From positions 2,816,001 to 2,880,000 of the forward strand of contig OZ243956.1 in NCBI GenBank assembly GCA_965214405.1: 64,000 nt of DNA. Direction: 5' to 3'. The translations under genes were made by a program, and so were the position numbers. Numbering within the stretch: the stretch's first letter is position 1; each line of letters opens with the position of its first letter. The notes beneath the pieces are model-generated. The model worked only from the letters and a program-made list of their open reading frames with translations. It did no database searches and had not been told where the DNA came from. The stretch is from Trueperaceae bacterium (GTDB lineage: Bacteria; Deinococcota; Deinococci; Deinococcales; Trueperaceae). Shown piece after piece: positions 39,000-50,247 of the stretch.

Positions 39000-41477
39000 G
39001 TGAAAAGATCTCTTTTTCTCCTTCTCATCCCTTTTCTGTTGCTCATTGGGTGCGACCAAAACCCCAATCAGAGCGACACGACCAAACCCACCGTACGGAT
39101 AGCTTTAGAGGGTACAACCAACACCTCCGGCGCGTATACGGACAGCGCCAAAGTGACCGTCACGGCGGCGGACACGGGCGGCTCTGGTTTGAGCACGACC
39201 GAGTACAGCTTGAACGGTTCTTCTTTTCAAGCCTACAGCCAACCCTTTACCCTCACCACACCCGGTGAGTACGTCGTAAGGGCTCGAGCCACCGACGGCG
39301 CTGGCAACGTTGGTGAGAGTGAAAAAACCTTTACCGTTGTGAAAGGCGGCGCGCCCGCAGATGCGGTTGACCCGACGGTGACCCTTACGTTGAGCGGCGC
39401 TACCAACGCTTCCGGTGCTTATCAGGGCAAGGCCACGGTGACGATTGCGGCAACGGACGCGGGCGGCTCGGGTTTGGCTGCGGTTGAATATAGTCTCGAC
39501 GGCGCGCTTCCCGTTCGCTATAATGCACCCTTTGAGGTCACGACCTCGGGTGAGCACACGGTCGTCGTCAGGGCCAGCGACAACGCGGGCAACACGGCGG
39601 AAGCGACTGAAACGTTCACCATAGTGGATGGCACCCAACCCGACACCACCAACCCAACCGTGTCGGCGGCGGTCACCGGCACCCAACGGTCTCCCGGCGT
39701 CTATGAAACCAGCGCCACCGTGACCATCACGGCGGCGGACGAGGGCGGCTCCGGCTTGGCTAAAACCGAGTACAGCCTAGACGGCGGCCCCTTTCAGAGT
39801 TACAGCGCCCCCTTTAGCGTCTCGACGGTCGGCAACCACACGGTGACCGCCAGAGCCACCGACGGCGCGGGTAATGTGGCTGAAAGTACCCTCACCTTTC
39901 AGGTCGTCGGTAGCGGCACGCCGACCGCGCCTACGCCTAACGCGGCGGAAGTCACGCTCAACAACTTAGACGGCGCGCCTTATGATGACCGCCTTGTATT
40001 TAGTCGTATCCAAAATCCGGAAGATGGTACCAAACTCAAACCTGATGACTCCTGCTGCCGTTTGCCCAACGTAGTTCACGACACCGCGACCGTAAGAATT
40101 ATCAACACAGGCAGCGCCCCCCTCGAGATAACCGACTTACCCATCCAAGGCGCCTGGCAGCTCGTGTCCCCTCCTTCTCTGCCGACGACGGTCGCTGTTA
40201 ACGGTAGTCTCAACCTGACGCTCAAGTTTGTGGCGACCGGGGGAGACCTCAATACAGGTACGATGACAATCGTCTCGAGCGCGTCGAGCAACCAGTACAA
40301 AGTCGTCGAACTCGCGGGCTTTTGGCAAGAGTTCTCGGAACAAGACAGAGAACCCTCACTCCAGGAGCTAGTCAAGCTATTTGGTTACAAAACTACCATC
40401 ACTAAGTCGGGTCAGCCGCTTAACAACAAGGGCCGGGTCGAGGCCGTCGGCGATGAGGTTCTCTCGCCCTACTGGCAGCGTGCGGACACCAGCAAACCCG
40501 TCACGGTGCGCCAACTCGCCGCTTACCACATTCAAGGAAACGTCAGCAGCCTCTACTGGTATGAAAAGAAGGAGGGTTACAGCGCTGCAGCCCCCTCCAC
40601 CAACCGACTCTTTGTACATGACGAAGAAGAGGGGCAGACGGTACTGCCTAGCAGGATAGACACCAGGAACAACCCGGTCAAAGGCAGCTTCACGTCCAAC
40701 GGCGTGTTTGGTTTCAAGGTAGACAATGAGTGGAGCGACTGGAGACTTAACACCATAGGTGAGGTGCCCGACGGCAAAGGGGGCACGACTATTATAGACA
40801 AAGACTGCTTGGAACAGAGGGCGCGCAATGCATCCATCGTTTGCGGTCACCACATCCGTTTCTGGGTCGCCGAAGACCGCACGGGTGCCGTGATCCCCAA
40901 TACCTACTTAATGGGGATGGACTACGCGGGCATCAACTACGACTTCAACGATAACGTTTACCTTATCTCCAACGTTACCCCCGCTGACCTCGCGCCCTAC
41001 CGCATCAACGTGGCCGGAAGCGGCTCGTACACGAGCGGCGAAGGGGTCTGGTATACCGACACCGGGAGCGGTCTCTTCAGGCCCTCAACAGCCAAGGTCG
41101 AAAGTCCTGACAAGTTGCCCATCGACAACACGACGGACGACCAACTATACTGGACCTACCGCGGCAACGTGGAAGAAAGCACACCGCAAAATCAGCGCCA
41201 ACTCGTCTACAATCTTCCCTTAACTGACGGAACTTACAACCTCACGCTCTACTTCGCTGAACGGTTCTGGAACGAGGCCGGTAAGCGCGTGTTTGACGTG
41301 TCCGTTGAAGGCAAACTCCAGCTCGACAACTTTGACATCTTTGCAGAAAGCGGGGGCAAGAACACAGCTATCACCCAGACATTCGAGAACATCAGCGTAA
41401 CCGACGGCAACCTCACCATCGTCTTTGACCCTTCGGTAAACTTTGCATCCGTCGCGGCCATCAAAGTTACCAAATAA
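39000..41477 (+). CDS. Large lipoprotein: three OmpL47-like Ig repeats, an unknown domain and a C-terminal malectin domain
   Basis: GTG start with GGAGG; lipobox LIGC; three D.GGSGL...EYSL.G...RA.D.AGN repeats; LYFAE..GKRVFDVSVEG malectin motif. Confidence 0.85.
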   Translation: MKRSLFLLLIPFLLLIGCDQNPNQSDTTKPTVRIALEGTTNTSGAYTDSAKVTVTAADTGGSGLSTTEYSLNGSSFQAYSQPFTLTTPGEYVVRARATDGAGNVGESEKTFTVVKGGAPADAVDPTVTLTLSGATNASGAYQGKATVTIAATDAGGSGLAAVEYSLDGALPVRYNAPFEVTTSGEHTVVVRASDNAGNTAEATETFTIVDGTQPDTTNPTVSAAVTGTQRSPGVYETSATVTITAADEGGSGLAKTEYSLDGGPFQSYSAPFSVSTVGNHTVTARATDGAGNVAESTLTFQVVGSGTPTAPTPNAAEVTLNNLDGAPYDDRLVFSRIQNPEDGTKLKPDDSCCRLPNVVHDTATVRIINTGSAPLEITDLPIQGAWQLVSPPSLPTTVAVNGSLNLTLKFVATGGDLNTGTMTIVSSASSNQYKVVELAGFWQEFSEQDREPSLQELVKLFGYKTTITKSGQPLNNKGRVEAVGDEVLSPYWQRADTSKPVTVRQLAAYHIQGNVSSLYWYEKKEGYSAAAPSTNRLFVHDEEEGQTVLPSRIDTRNNPVKGSFTSNGVFGFKVDNEWSDWRLNTIGEVPDGKGGTTIIDKDCLEQRARNASIVCGHHIRFWVAEDRTGAVIPNTYLMGMDYAGINYDFNDNVYLISNVTPADLAPYRINVAGSGSYTSGEGVWYTDTGSGLFRPSTAKVESPDKLPIDNTTDDQLYWTYRGNVEESTPQNQRQLVYNLPLTDGTYNLTLYFAERFWNEAGKRVFDVSVEGKLQLDNFDIFAESGGKNTAITQTFENISVTDGNLTIVFDPSVNFASVAAIKVTK

Positions 41478-41493
41478 CTTAGCGGAGTGATTC

Positions 41494-43638
41494 ATGAACA
41501 AACTGACCAAACGTTTTGCAGCCTTTTTGTGTTTGCTTCTTACGCTTACCGCCTGCGGCCTTTTTGGCCCGACCGAGCCAGACCGCGAGTCCCCCACCGT
41601 CACTCAGGTATCGCCTGAGAAAGGAGCGACTGACGTCTCGCTCAGTGCGTCCGCCGTCGCCACGCTTGACCTCGTCAACGGTGGCAACATCGACAGGGCT
41701 ACGGTCACCTCGAGCACCGTCAGGCTCGTGAGTAGCGACGGGACGCAGGTACCCGCCTCGGTTTCGGCGACCGCCAACGACACCATCACGCTCGAGCCCG
41801 ACAACCTGCTCGCACCCAACGCACAGTACCGTTTCGAAGTAACCAGCGGCGTCGAAGACTCTATGGGTGCGCCGGTCAAGCCCCATACAAGCACCTTTAC
41901 AACGGGCACCACAAACAGCCCCAAACAGCCCATAGTCGAAAGCTCGGACCCCGCGGACGGTGCGACGGATGTTTTCCGCGACGTGGGCATCAAGACCAGC
42001 CTTAATCTTCCGGGTGGCGGGGTAGACCCGGAAACGCTCACTTCCGCCAACGTCAGGTTGGTCAAGGTGGCTACCGGCACCCAGATCGCTGCGAGCCTCG
42101 GGACGTCGGGCGGCAACGACGTGATCACGCTTTCGCCGACTAATTTGCTCGAGGCCAACACCGAATACCGTTTTCAGGTCACGAGCGGCGTCAAGGATTT
42201 AGACGGTGTGTCGTTTGTTCCGTACACGGCCACGTTTACGACGGGAAACAAAACCCGCAACGTGAGCGTCGTGGCGTTCACGCCTACCACCGTGGTGACG
42301 GGTACGGACAAACACACCTCGCTGGTGATAGGTCCCGACGGCAAACTCTATGCGACCACCGTCGACGGGCGCATCAAGCGTTTTACGATCCAGGCGGACG
42401 GAACGCTCGGCACCCCCCAGGTGATCACCTCGCTGCAAAAGGCGGAAAACGGCCCGCGTCTCCTTATCGGGTTTGCTTTTGACCCCAGCGCGACGGCCAA
42501 CAACCTCGTCGTCTGGGTGAGCCACACCTTTGCTGGCTTTGACAACGTCAACAACCGCAAGCCCTGGAGCGGCAAGATCACGCGCCTGAGCGGTCCCAAC
42601 TTAGAAAACGTGCAAGACGTTGTGGTCGGCTTGCCCCGCTCCACCAAAGACCACGCGACCAACTCGGTAGCCTTTGGTCCCGACGGCGCGCTCTACTTTA
42701 ACCAGGGCGCAAATACCGCGATGGGCGCGCCCGACCAAACCTGGCAATGGCAACCCGAGCGCCTGCTCAACGCCGCTATTCTCCGCCTCGACACCAGCAT
42801 GATCGCCTCGCTACCCCTTAACGCCAAGACGGAAGACGGCGGCACCTATAATCCCTTTGCTGCGAACGCGCCCCTAACTATTTATGGTCGCGGGGTTCGC
42901 AACGCTTACGACCTGGTGTGGCACTCCAACGGTCAACTTTACGCCCCGGCCAACGGTTCGGCAGCCGGTGGCAATATACCGCGTTACGACCCCCTCCCCG
43001 GCACGTGTGAGACGAGGCCCGGAGGAGGCTACGCCGGGCCGAAGCTCACCGCCACGGACGCTGTGAATGCTGAATATCTCGGCCCAACCAGCAATCCTCC
43101 CGAGGACCGCACCGACGGCTGGAGAATTACCACGACGCAAAACGACTGGCTCTTCCGCGTGGTCAAGGATGGCTACTACGGACATCCCAATCCCAAGCGT
43201 TGCGAGTGGATTTTGAACGGGGGTAACACCTCGAGCAGTGGCCCCGCTCAGGTAAGCCAGTACCCAAGCGGCACGCCCGCCGATCCCAACTACAGAGGTT
43301 TCAGCTTCGATTTTGGGGTCAGCAAGTCGCCCAATGGGGCTATCGAGTATAAGAGCAACACCTTTGGCGGTCAGCTCAAGGGTAAGCTGCTGGTTCTTCA
43401 GTACAGCACCGGCAACGACATTCTCGTGCTCACGCCCGGCAGCGCGAGTCAGAACTACGACATCATCGACACCCCCCTGAACGTGCCAAGCCTCAAAGAC
43501 GCGAATACGGGTGATCCCCTTCTGTTCATTGACCCCCTCGACCTGGTTGAAAACCCCGCCAACGGCGACATCTACGTGTCGGACTTTGACGAAGAAGGCA
43601 CCAATCCGACGATTGTGCTGTTGCGTCCGGCAAACTAG
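41494..43638 (+). CDS. Lipoprotein: two SbsA/Big_5-like Ig domains and a glucose/sorbosone dehydrogenase-like beta-propeller
   Basis: Lipobox LTAC; two ITL.P..LL..N..YRF.VTSGV..FTTG domains; FGPDGALY and GVRNAYDL motifs. Confidence 0.8.
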   Translation: MNKLTKRFAAFLCLLLTLTACGLFGPTEPDRESPTVTQVSPEKGATDVSLSASAVATLDLVNGGNIDRATVTSSTVRLVSSDGTQVPASVSATANDTITLEPDNLLAPNAQYRFEVTSGVEDSMGAPVKPHTSTFTTGTTNSPKQPIVESSDPADGATDVFRDVGIKTSLNLPGGGVDPETLTSANVRLVKVATGTQIAASLGTSGGNDVITLSPTNLLEANTEYRFQVTSGVKDLDGVSFVPYTATFTTGNKTRNVSVVAFTPTTVVTGTDKHTSLVIGPDGKLYATTVDGRIKRFTIQADGTLGTPQVITSLQKAENGPRLLIGFAFDPSATANNLVVWVSHTFAGFDNVNNRKPWSGKITRLSGPNLENVQDVVVGLPRSTKDHATNSVAFGPDGALYFNQGANTAMGAPDQTWQWQPERLLNAAILRLDTSMIASLPLNAKTEDGGTYNPFAANAPLTIYGRGVRNAYDLVWHSNGQLYAPANGSAAGGNIPRYDPLPGTCETRPGGGYAGPKLTATDAVNAEYLGPTSNPPEDRTDGWRITTTQNDWLFRVVKDGYYGHPNPKRCEWILNGGNTSSSGPAQVSQYPSGTPADPNYRGFSFDFGVSKSPNGAIEYKSNTFGGQLKGKLLVLQYSTGNDILVLTPGSASQNYDIIDTPLNVPSLKDANTGDPLLFIDPLDLVENPANGDIYVSDFDEEGTNPTIVLLRPAN

Positions 43639-43664
43639 CCACCCACCAAACCTCTTGCAGTTCG

Positions 43665-43689
43665 GTCAGGCTCCTTTAAGGGGCCTGAC
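43665..43689 (+). terminator. Hairpin terminator
   Basis: GTCAGGCTCC-TTTAA-GGGGCCTGAC. Confidence 0.6.
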
Positions 43690-43829
43690 TCTGTTTCGGC
43701 TAATCTTATAGAAGCCTCGAGCCCACCTTTACTTAGCGCCTCCCCGCAGGGTATAGTGACGCTTGGTGACCATGACGGGCGCTGCACCGGGTTAGTGTGA
43801 TTCTTGCTCGTCTTGTGTACCGGCTACGT

Positions 43830-43914
43830 GCCGAGATGGCGGAATCGGTAGACGCAGTAGACTCAAAATCTACCGGGGCAACCTGTGCGGGTTCGAGTCC
43901 CGCTCTCGGCACCA
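43830..43914 (+). tRNA. tRNA-Leu(CAA)
   Basis: GCCGAGA/TCTCGGC acceptor stem, GTAGA-CTCAAAA-TCTAC anticodon arm, long variable arm, GTTCGAGT T-loop and encoded CCA. Confidence 0.97.
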
Positions 43915-43919
43915 CTTTA

Positions 43920-43965
43920 TAGCAGGTATCATCTGGTCTGATGTAGCAGGTATCATCTGGTCTGA
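43920..43965. repeat. Direct repeat, 22 bp x2 (24-bp period)
   Basis: TAGCAGGTATCATCTGGTCTGA twice, just after the tRNA. Confidence 0.9.
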
Positions 43966-44095
43966 GACAAATTTAGTCTGCGAGTTGTCGCCCGTACCAT
44001 AGTTCAGGGGATGATATCTGCGCTGATGGATTTGGTAGTGATGAAAACCGCTGTAGACTAATTTTCGTACGCTAGAACCATGCTGGAGGCAACGC

Positions 44096-44335
44096 GTGTT
44101 TTTCCTTTTTTGGCTTGTATTCGTTCTTTTCATCCTTTTGTCGGGTCTTCTCACCGCGATCATCCTTATGCAAGAGCCCAAACAGGGCGGCCTGGGTGAG
44201 GGCTTGGGCGGCGGGGGCGGTCAGGAGTTTGGCGGCGCGAGGGGCACCGCAGGGGGGCTTCACCGCCTGACGGTCTGGGGCGGGATTATCTGGGGTTTGC
44301 TGGCGCTCGCGTTGGCGGTGCTGCCGAGGGCCTAG
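44096..44335 (+). CDS. secG: Preprotein translocase subunit SecG
   Basis: TM-ILMQEPKQGGLG...L.RLT-TM pattern; GGAGG SD. Confidence 0.9.
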   Translation: MFFLFWLVFVLFILLSGLLTAIILMQEPKQGGLGEGLGGGGGQEFGGARGTAGGLHRLTVWGGIIWGLLALALAVLPRA

Positions 44336-44358
44336 GCTCGTCAAGCTGGACCAAAGAG

Positions 44359-44394
44359 AACGCGTCGCGGCTAGAAGCTGCGGTGCGTTTTTTC
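44359..44394 (+). terminator. Intrinsic terminator after secG
   Basis: AACGCGTCGCGGCT...AGCTGCGGTGCGTT followed by a T tract. Confidence 0.6.
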
Positions 44395-44878
44395 CTCTCT
44401 ACACATGTTTAGAAGAAACGTCTTTACATGAGAACCTCACAAAGAAGACGACTTTTTGTGCAGAGTGTCCGAGACGGGCGTAACTATCCTGGTGGTCACG
44501 CAGGGCAGCCGCGACGTTGAATGCATGTTTGGGCAGTAAGGGCAGCTCTGCACAAAAACCCCAGGAAAAAGAAGGCGTTCTGTTCAAAGCTGGAAGAAAC
44601 CTGAAAATGAACATTTCTTCAGAAGGCCGAACCACTTTGCTCACTGGTGTGGTTATACTAATAGGGTGCAGACATTCAGAATTTACAGGGTGCCGCCGGG
44701 ATGTTTTCTACCTGGGAGCTTGCCTTGTGGGGCGGCGCTGGAAAGCGGGGTGTGCTTGATTTTTTGGCCTTAGCAAGTTAGCCTAAAGTGCGACATCTTA
44801 TAGTTCGCAACGACGTCACCCGAGGCTCCGGTTAAGACCGCGGCTTGGGACGCGTCAAAATTCTTAGGAGGTAATTAG

Positions 44879-46672
44879 ATGAAGAGAATCCTTTTGAGCT
44901 TCGTTCTCGCTACGTTTGTGGGGCTGGCCGCCGCACAGACCGAGACGGACGTTTTCACGTGGCCGGAGGCGTACGCGCCGAGCGCGCCGCAGGGCGGCAC
45001 CATTGAGGAGACCGCCTTTGGTGATATCACTACGCTGAACCCGTACTTGACCTCGAGCGCCACCGAAACCGTTATCTTGGGCATGTACGCGGGTCCAGGC
45101 ATTATTTACCGCGACTGGGTGGATAACCGCACCTTCAAAGACGCAGACGGTAACTACAACCTGTACTTCGCAAGCAACATCGAAGAAGTTCAGCCGGAGC
45201 AGGAGTTTGTCATTACGCTAAAGCAAGGCTGGAAGTGGTCGGACGGCACTGAGATGACCGCCGACGACGCCATCGCCGCGCGCACCATCCTCGGTGACCC
45301 AGAGGTTGAGGCGAACGCTTTTGCCTGCTCTGTCGTGGACGAAGAGCCTGTTGTTTACGAAAAAATTGACACTTACCAGTACAGGATCACCCTGCCTAAG
45401 CAGCAGGTTAACGCCCTCGCCAGCCAAGACTGCGGCATTATGCCCGCGCATATCTTTATGCCCGTGTATGATGCCAGCGGCGCTGAGGGTATCAAGGCGA
45501 TGTGGGGTGTTGATACCGACCCCAGCGAAATTGTTTCGGGTGGCCCCTATATGCTAACCGAATTCCGTCAGGGTGAGCGCATCGTGTTGGCGAAAAATCC
45601 CACCTACGGCGAGCAAGTCCAGGCTGCCAACGGCGATCCCATTCCCGGCCCCGACCAATGGGTTGTCACCTTTGCGGCAGACCGTAACGCGCAGTTGGGT
45701 CTTGTCACGACGGGTCAGTCCGATATGTACTACCCGACCACGGTAGACGAACTGCGCGCCGTGCAGGAGGCTGTTCAGAACGGCGCGATTCAGGGCGAGC
45801 TTTACGCCAATATCGGCCCCGGCTCCTACACCGACTACCTGTTCTACAACTTCAACAACACCGACGAGTGCAAGGCCAACATGTTCCGCGAACCGGCCTT
45901 CCGCCAGGCGATCAACGTCATGATTGACCGTCAGGCGCTCATCAACGCCGCGCTGGGTGGTCTCGGGGTGGCTGGCTACGACTACAACACGGCGGCCTCG
46001 GCTCCCTTTGACGCTTCGTTCTTAGAGCCCTTCGAATTCAACCCCGAGCGCGGTGTTGAACTCCTCAACTCGATTGGCTTTACCGAAACGGGCAGCGACG
46101 GCGTGCTGATGAACCCCGACACGGGCTGCCGCGTCGAGTTTGACGTTCAGTTCAACTCGGGCAACAACCGCCGCGCCCAAGAAGCGCTGGTCATGTCGCA
46201 AACGATGGCCCCTTACGGCGTGCAGGTTAACCCTCAGGAAGTCTCTGTAGAAATCTGGGGTGACTCCTGGTCCGGCACAGAACTGCCCCGCGCTCACGAC
46301 TTCGACGCCCAGATTGGTGCGCTTGTGGGTGGCGACGTGGATAACCCCTCAGGTATCAACGTCTTCCGCTTGGCATCTAACCTCAACGGTTGGAACAAGA
46401 GCACGACCGACGTGGCCCCCTGGGAAATCCTGCTCGACCGCCTTACCGTTCAGATGAACGACACGATTGACTTAGATGAACGCGTTCAGGTTTACAACGA
46501 GCGCGCCGAGCTGATGCGCGAGTACCTGCCCCTCACGCCGCTCATCTCGCCGTCCTTTAGCCTCTACGAAAATATGGGCAACATCTGGCCCGAAGAGGCG
46601 CTGGACTCTAACTCTATCCAGGATCCCTATCGTCCCGGCAACTTCCGCGAAAACCTTATCGTCGCCCAGTAA
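44879..46672 (+). CDS. ABC transporter substrate-binding protein (family 5)
   Basis: Signal peptide; LKQGWKWSDGTEMTADD, GPY and FRQAINVMIDR motifs. Confidence 0.92.
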   Translation: MKRILLSFVLATFVGLAAAQTETDVFTWPEAYAPSAPQGGTIEETAFGDITTLNPYLTSSATETVILGMYAGPGIIYRDWVDNRTFKDADGNYNLYFASNIEEVQPEQEFVITLKQGWKWSDGTEMTADDAIAARTILGDPEVEANAFACSVVDEEPVVYEKIDTYQYRITLPKQQVNALASQDCGIMPAHIFMPVYDASGAEGIKAMWGVDTDPSEIVSGGPYMLTEFRQGERIVLAKNPTYGEQVQAANGDPIPGPDQWVVTFAADRNAQLGLVTTGQSDMYYPTTVDELRAVQEAVQNGAIQGELYANIGPGSYTDYLFYNFNNTDECKANMFREPAFRQAINVMIDRQALINAALGGLGVAGYDYNTAASAPFDASFLEPFEFNPERGVELLNSIGFTETGSDGVLMNPDTGCRVEFDVQFNSGNNRRAQEALVMSQTMAPYGVQVNPQEVSVEIWGDSWSGTELPRAHDFDAQIGALVGGDVDNPSGINVFRLASNLNGWNKSTTDVAPWEILLDRLTVQMNDTIDLDERVQVYNERAELMREYLPLTPLISPSFSLYENMGNIWPEEALDSNSIQDPYRPGNFRENLIVAQ

Positions 46673-46684
46673 CAAGGTGCTGCA

Positions 46685-46720
46685 CGGGGAACTCTGGCTC
46701 ATCCAGAGTTCCCCGTTTTT
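46685..46720 (+). terminator. Intra-operon terminator or stabilising hairpin
   Basis: CGGGGAACTCTGG-CTCAT-CCAGAGTTCCCCG-TTTTT. Confidence 0.8.
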
Positions 46721-46888
46721 CAAATATCTCCACCGGCTAGCAAATTTTGCGACCCTCGTATCATGCCCCTATACACCACCTATGTCGAGCTGCTGTCAAC
46801 GCAACGTCAACGTAGCGCGAATTTATCGTGTTCGTCTTTGGTTTTAGTGTAAGCTTACGTATAAGTTTACTTTTCTCTGGAGAAGACC

Positions 46889-47869
46889 GTGACTGCATAT
46901 ATTGTAAAACGCTTTATCAACCTCATCCCTACCTTTATCTTAGCGACTTTTTTGGCCTGGGCGGTCATTGAGTGGGCACCCGGCGACTTCGCTAGTAGGT
47001 TTACTTTTGACTTAGTAGACCCCAATAAAGCCGAGCGCATTCGCGAACTTTTGGGGCTCAACCAACCCTGGTGGCTGCGCTATTTTTACTGGCTGCGCAA
47101 CGTGGTCCTGCATTTTGACTTCGGCACTAGCATGGTTAGCAAGGGCGACGTGACTAACCTCATCATTCCTCGCATGACGAACAGCTTTATTTTGCTTCTT
47201 CCCGCGACAATTGTCACTTACCTCATCGCTATTCCCATCGGCGTTTACTCAGCGTTGCGCAAGTATTCGCTCGGTGACAGGGTGTTGACGGTGTTTAGCC
47301 TCATAGGGCTGGCGGTTCCCAACTTCTTTTTGGCGCTCATCGCGGTGGCGCTGATGGTGCAGTATTTTCAGGCGAACAACAGCTTTCTTTTTCCCATTGG
47401 CGGGATGACCTCGACCAACTTTAGTTCGTTGAGCCCGTGGGGGCAGCTTGTTGATATAGGCTGGCACCTCGTGCTGCCGCTCTTGGTGGTGGCGCTTTCG
47501 AGCCTGTCTTTCACCACCCGGATTATGCGCGGGGAAATGCTCGAGGTCTTGGGGCAAGATTACATCCGCACCGCTCGCGCCAAGGGGCTTTCAGAGCGAA
47601 AAGTCAACTACAAGCACGCCTTTCGCAACGCTATTATCATTATTGTAGCAACGATTGGTGGCATCTTGCCGGGACTGATCAGCGGGGCCGGGACGGTCGA
47701 ATACGTGACGCGCTGGCCGGGCATCACGCCGCTCTTTATTTCTTCGATTTACGCGCAAGACCAGTACGTGGTGATGGCATTTCTTACCATTCTGGTCGTG
47801 TTGCTGATGGTGGGTAACCTCGTTTCGGACTTGGCGATTGCCTTTATCGACCCAAGGATTCGGTACTAG
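46889..47869 (+). CDS. ABC permease (OppB/DppB-like)
   Basis: DYIRTARAKGL..KHAFRNA motif. Confidence 0.93.
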   Translation: MTAYIVKRFINLIPTFILATFLAWAVIEWAPGDFASRFTFDLVDPNKAERIRELLGLNQPWWLRYFYWLRNVVLHFDFGTSMVSKGDVTNLIIPRMTNSFILLLPATIVTYLIAIPIGVYSALRKYSLGDRVLTVFSLIGLAVPNFFLALIAVALMVQYFQANNSFLFPIGGMTSTNFSSLSPWGQLVDIGWHLVLPLLVVALSSLSFTTRIMRGEMLEVLGQDYIRTARAKGLSERKVNYKHAFRNAIIIIVATIGGILPGLISGAGTVEYVTRWPGITPLFISSIYAQDQYVVMAFLTILVVLLMVGNLVSDLAIAFIDPRIRY

Positions 47870-47870
47870 C

Positions 47871-49088
47871 GTGGACGCGCAAGCACCTCGTTCTGGTGCT
47901 CCCGAAGAAACGACCAAAGCCGCGCCCGAAGCGCGGGGGGCGAGTCTTACCAGCCTCGCCTGGACGCAGTTTCGCAAACACCCGCTCGCGCGCCTCGCGC
48001 TGAGCGTGCTCGGGGTGCTCTACCTCGTGGCCGCGTTCGCGGACTTTATCGCGCCCTATCCCGAGACGTATATCAACTCTTACGCGACCTTTCAGCCGCC
48101 CGTCCAGATCCACTTTCGCAACGAGAGCGGGCGTTTCGTCCGCCCCTACATCTACGCGATGGACAAGACGCTCAACATGGAAACGTTCCAAAACGAGTGG
48201 ACGGTGGACACCTCGACCACGTATCCGGTGTCGTTTTTCGCCAACCGCGAAGGCATTCGCAACCGCTACGTGCCCTTTCCCGTCAACCTGATTCCGGTGC
48301 AGCTTAGGCAAGCTATTGGCATCAAGCCGTGGGCGACGCGGCACCTTTTTGGGCTCGAGGGCAACGCGCCCCAGAACGTCAACCTTTACCTTTGGGGTTC
48401 GGACGACGTCGGCGGGGATATTTTCGGCAAAATCTTGTTCGGCGCGCGCATCAGCCTGACCATCGGCATTCTTGCCGCCTTTGTGTCTATCTTTATTGGG
48501 CTTGCTATGGGCGGCCTGGCAGGGTTCTATGGCGGCTGGGTGGACGAGGTTATCTTGCGCTTTGTCGAGGCGCTTTCCGCGATTCCCTCTTTGTTTCTGC
48601 TCATCGCGCTTTCCGCGGTGTTTTACCCGCTCAACCTACCCACCTCAACCGTGTTTATCTTGGTCGTCATCGTGCTCTCGGTCATCGGCTGGGGCGACGT
48701 GGCGCGGGCGGTGCGTAGCCGGGTGCTCTCGCTCCGCGAGCAGGAGTTCTCTTTTGCCGCAATGGCTTTGGGTGCCAGCAACTCCCGCATCATCTTTCAA
48801 CACTTGTTGCCCCAGACGGTAAGTTACATCATCATCTACGCGAGTCTCGCCATCCCGAGTTTTATTATTGTCGAGTCGGTGCTCTCGTTTTTCGGCTTAG
48901 GGATTCAGCCGCCCGCGACGAGTTGGGGCCTGATGCTCAGCACCGCGCAGAGTTTTGCGGGGGTGTCGGGATTGGGTGACCGCTGGTGGGTGTTTATTCC
49001 GGGGGCGTTCATCTTCGTTTCCGTGTTGGCCTGGAACCTCTTGGGTGACGGGTTGCGTGACGCTTTTGATCCTAGAAGCCGTGACTGA
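47871..49088 (+). CDS. ABC permease (OppC/DppC-like)
   Basis: GARISL, AAMALGAS and NLLGDGLRDAFDP motifs. Confidence 0.93.
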   Translation: MDAQAPRSGAPEETTKAAPEARGASLTSLAWTQFRKHPLARLALSVLGVLYLVAAFADFIAPYPETYINSYATFQPPVQIHFRNESGRFVRPYIYAMDKTLNMETFQNEWTVDTSTTYPVSFFANREGIRNRYVPFPVNLIPVQLRQAIGIKPWATRHLFGLEGNAPQNVNLYLWGSDDVGGDIFGKILFGARISLTIGILAAFVSIFIGLAMGGLAGFYGGWVDEVILRFVEALSAIPSLFLLIALSAVFYPLNLPTSTVFILVVIVLSVIGWGDVARAVRSRVLSLREQEFSFAAMALGASNSRIIFQHLLPQTVSYIIIYASLAIPSFIIVESVLSFFGLGIQPPATSWGLMLSTAQSFAGVSGLGDRWWVFIPGAFIFVSVLAWNLLGDGLRDAFDPRSRD

Positions 49089-49236
49089 TGAGGGCCGTGG
49101 GTGGGGGCTCGAGCAGACCGACACAAAGCCGCCTGCGCCTACCACCGTAACCCCTTAACCTTTTTCGGACGTCACATCTGTAATATTTGCCGCTGTCAGT
49201 AAAATATCAGGTACAATGGTTTTATGAGGAGTCAGA

Positions 49237-50243
<1,007 letters not shown>

Positions 50244-50247
<4 letters not shown>

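Noticed and set aside
43733..43915. 60-aa minus-strand ORF
   Set aside because: It is the antisense reading of tRNA-Leu
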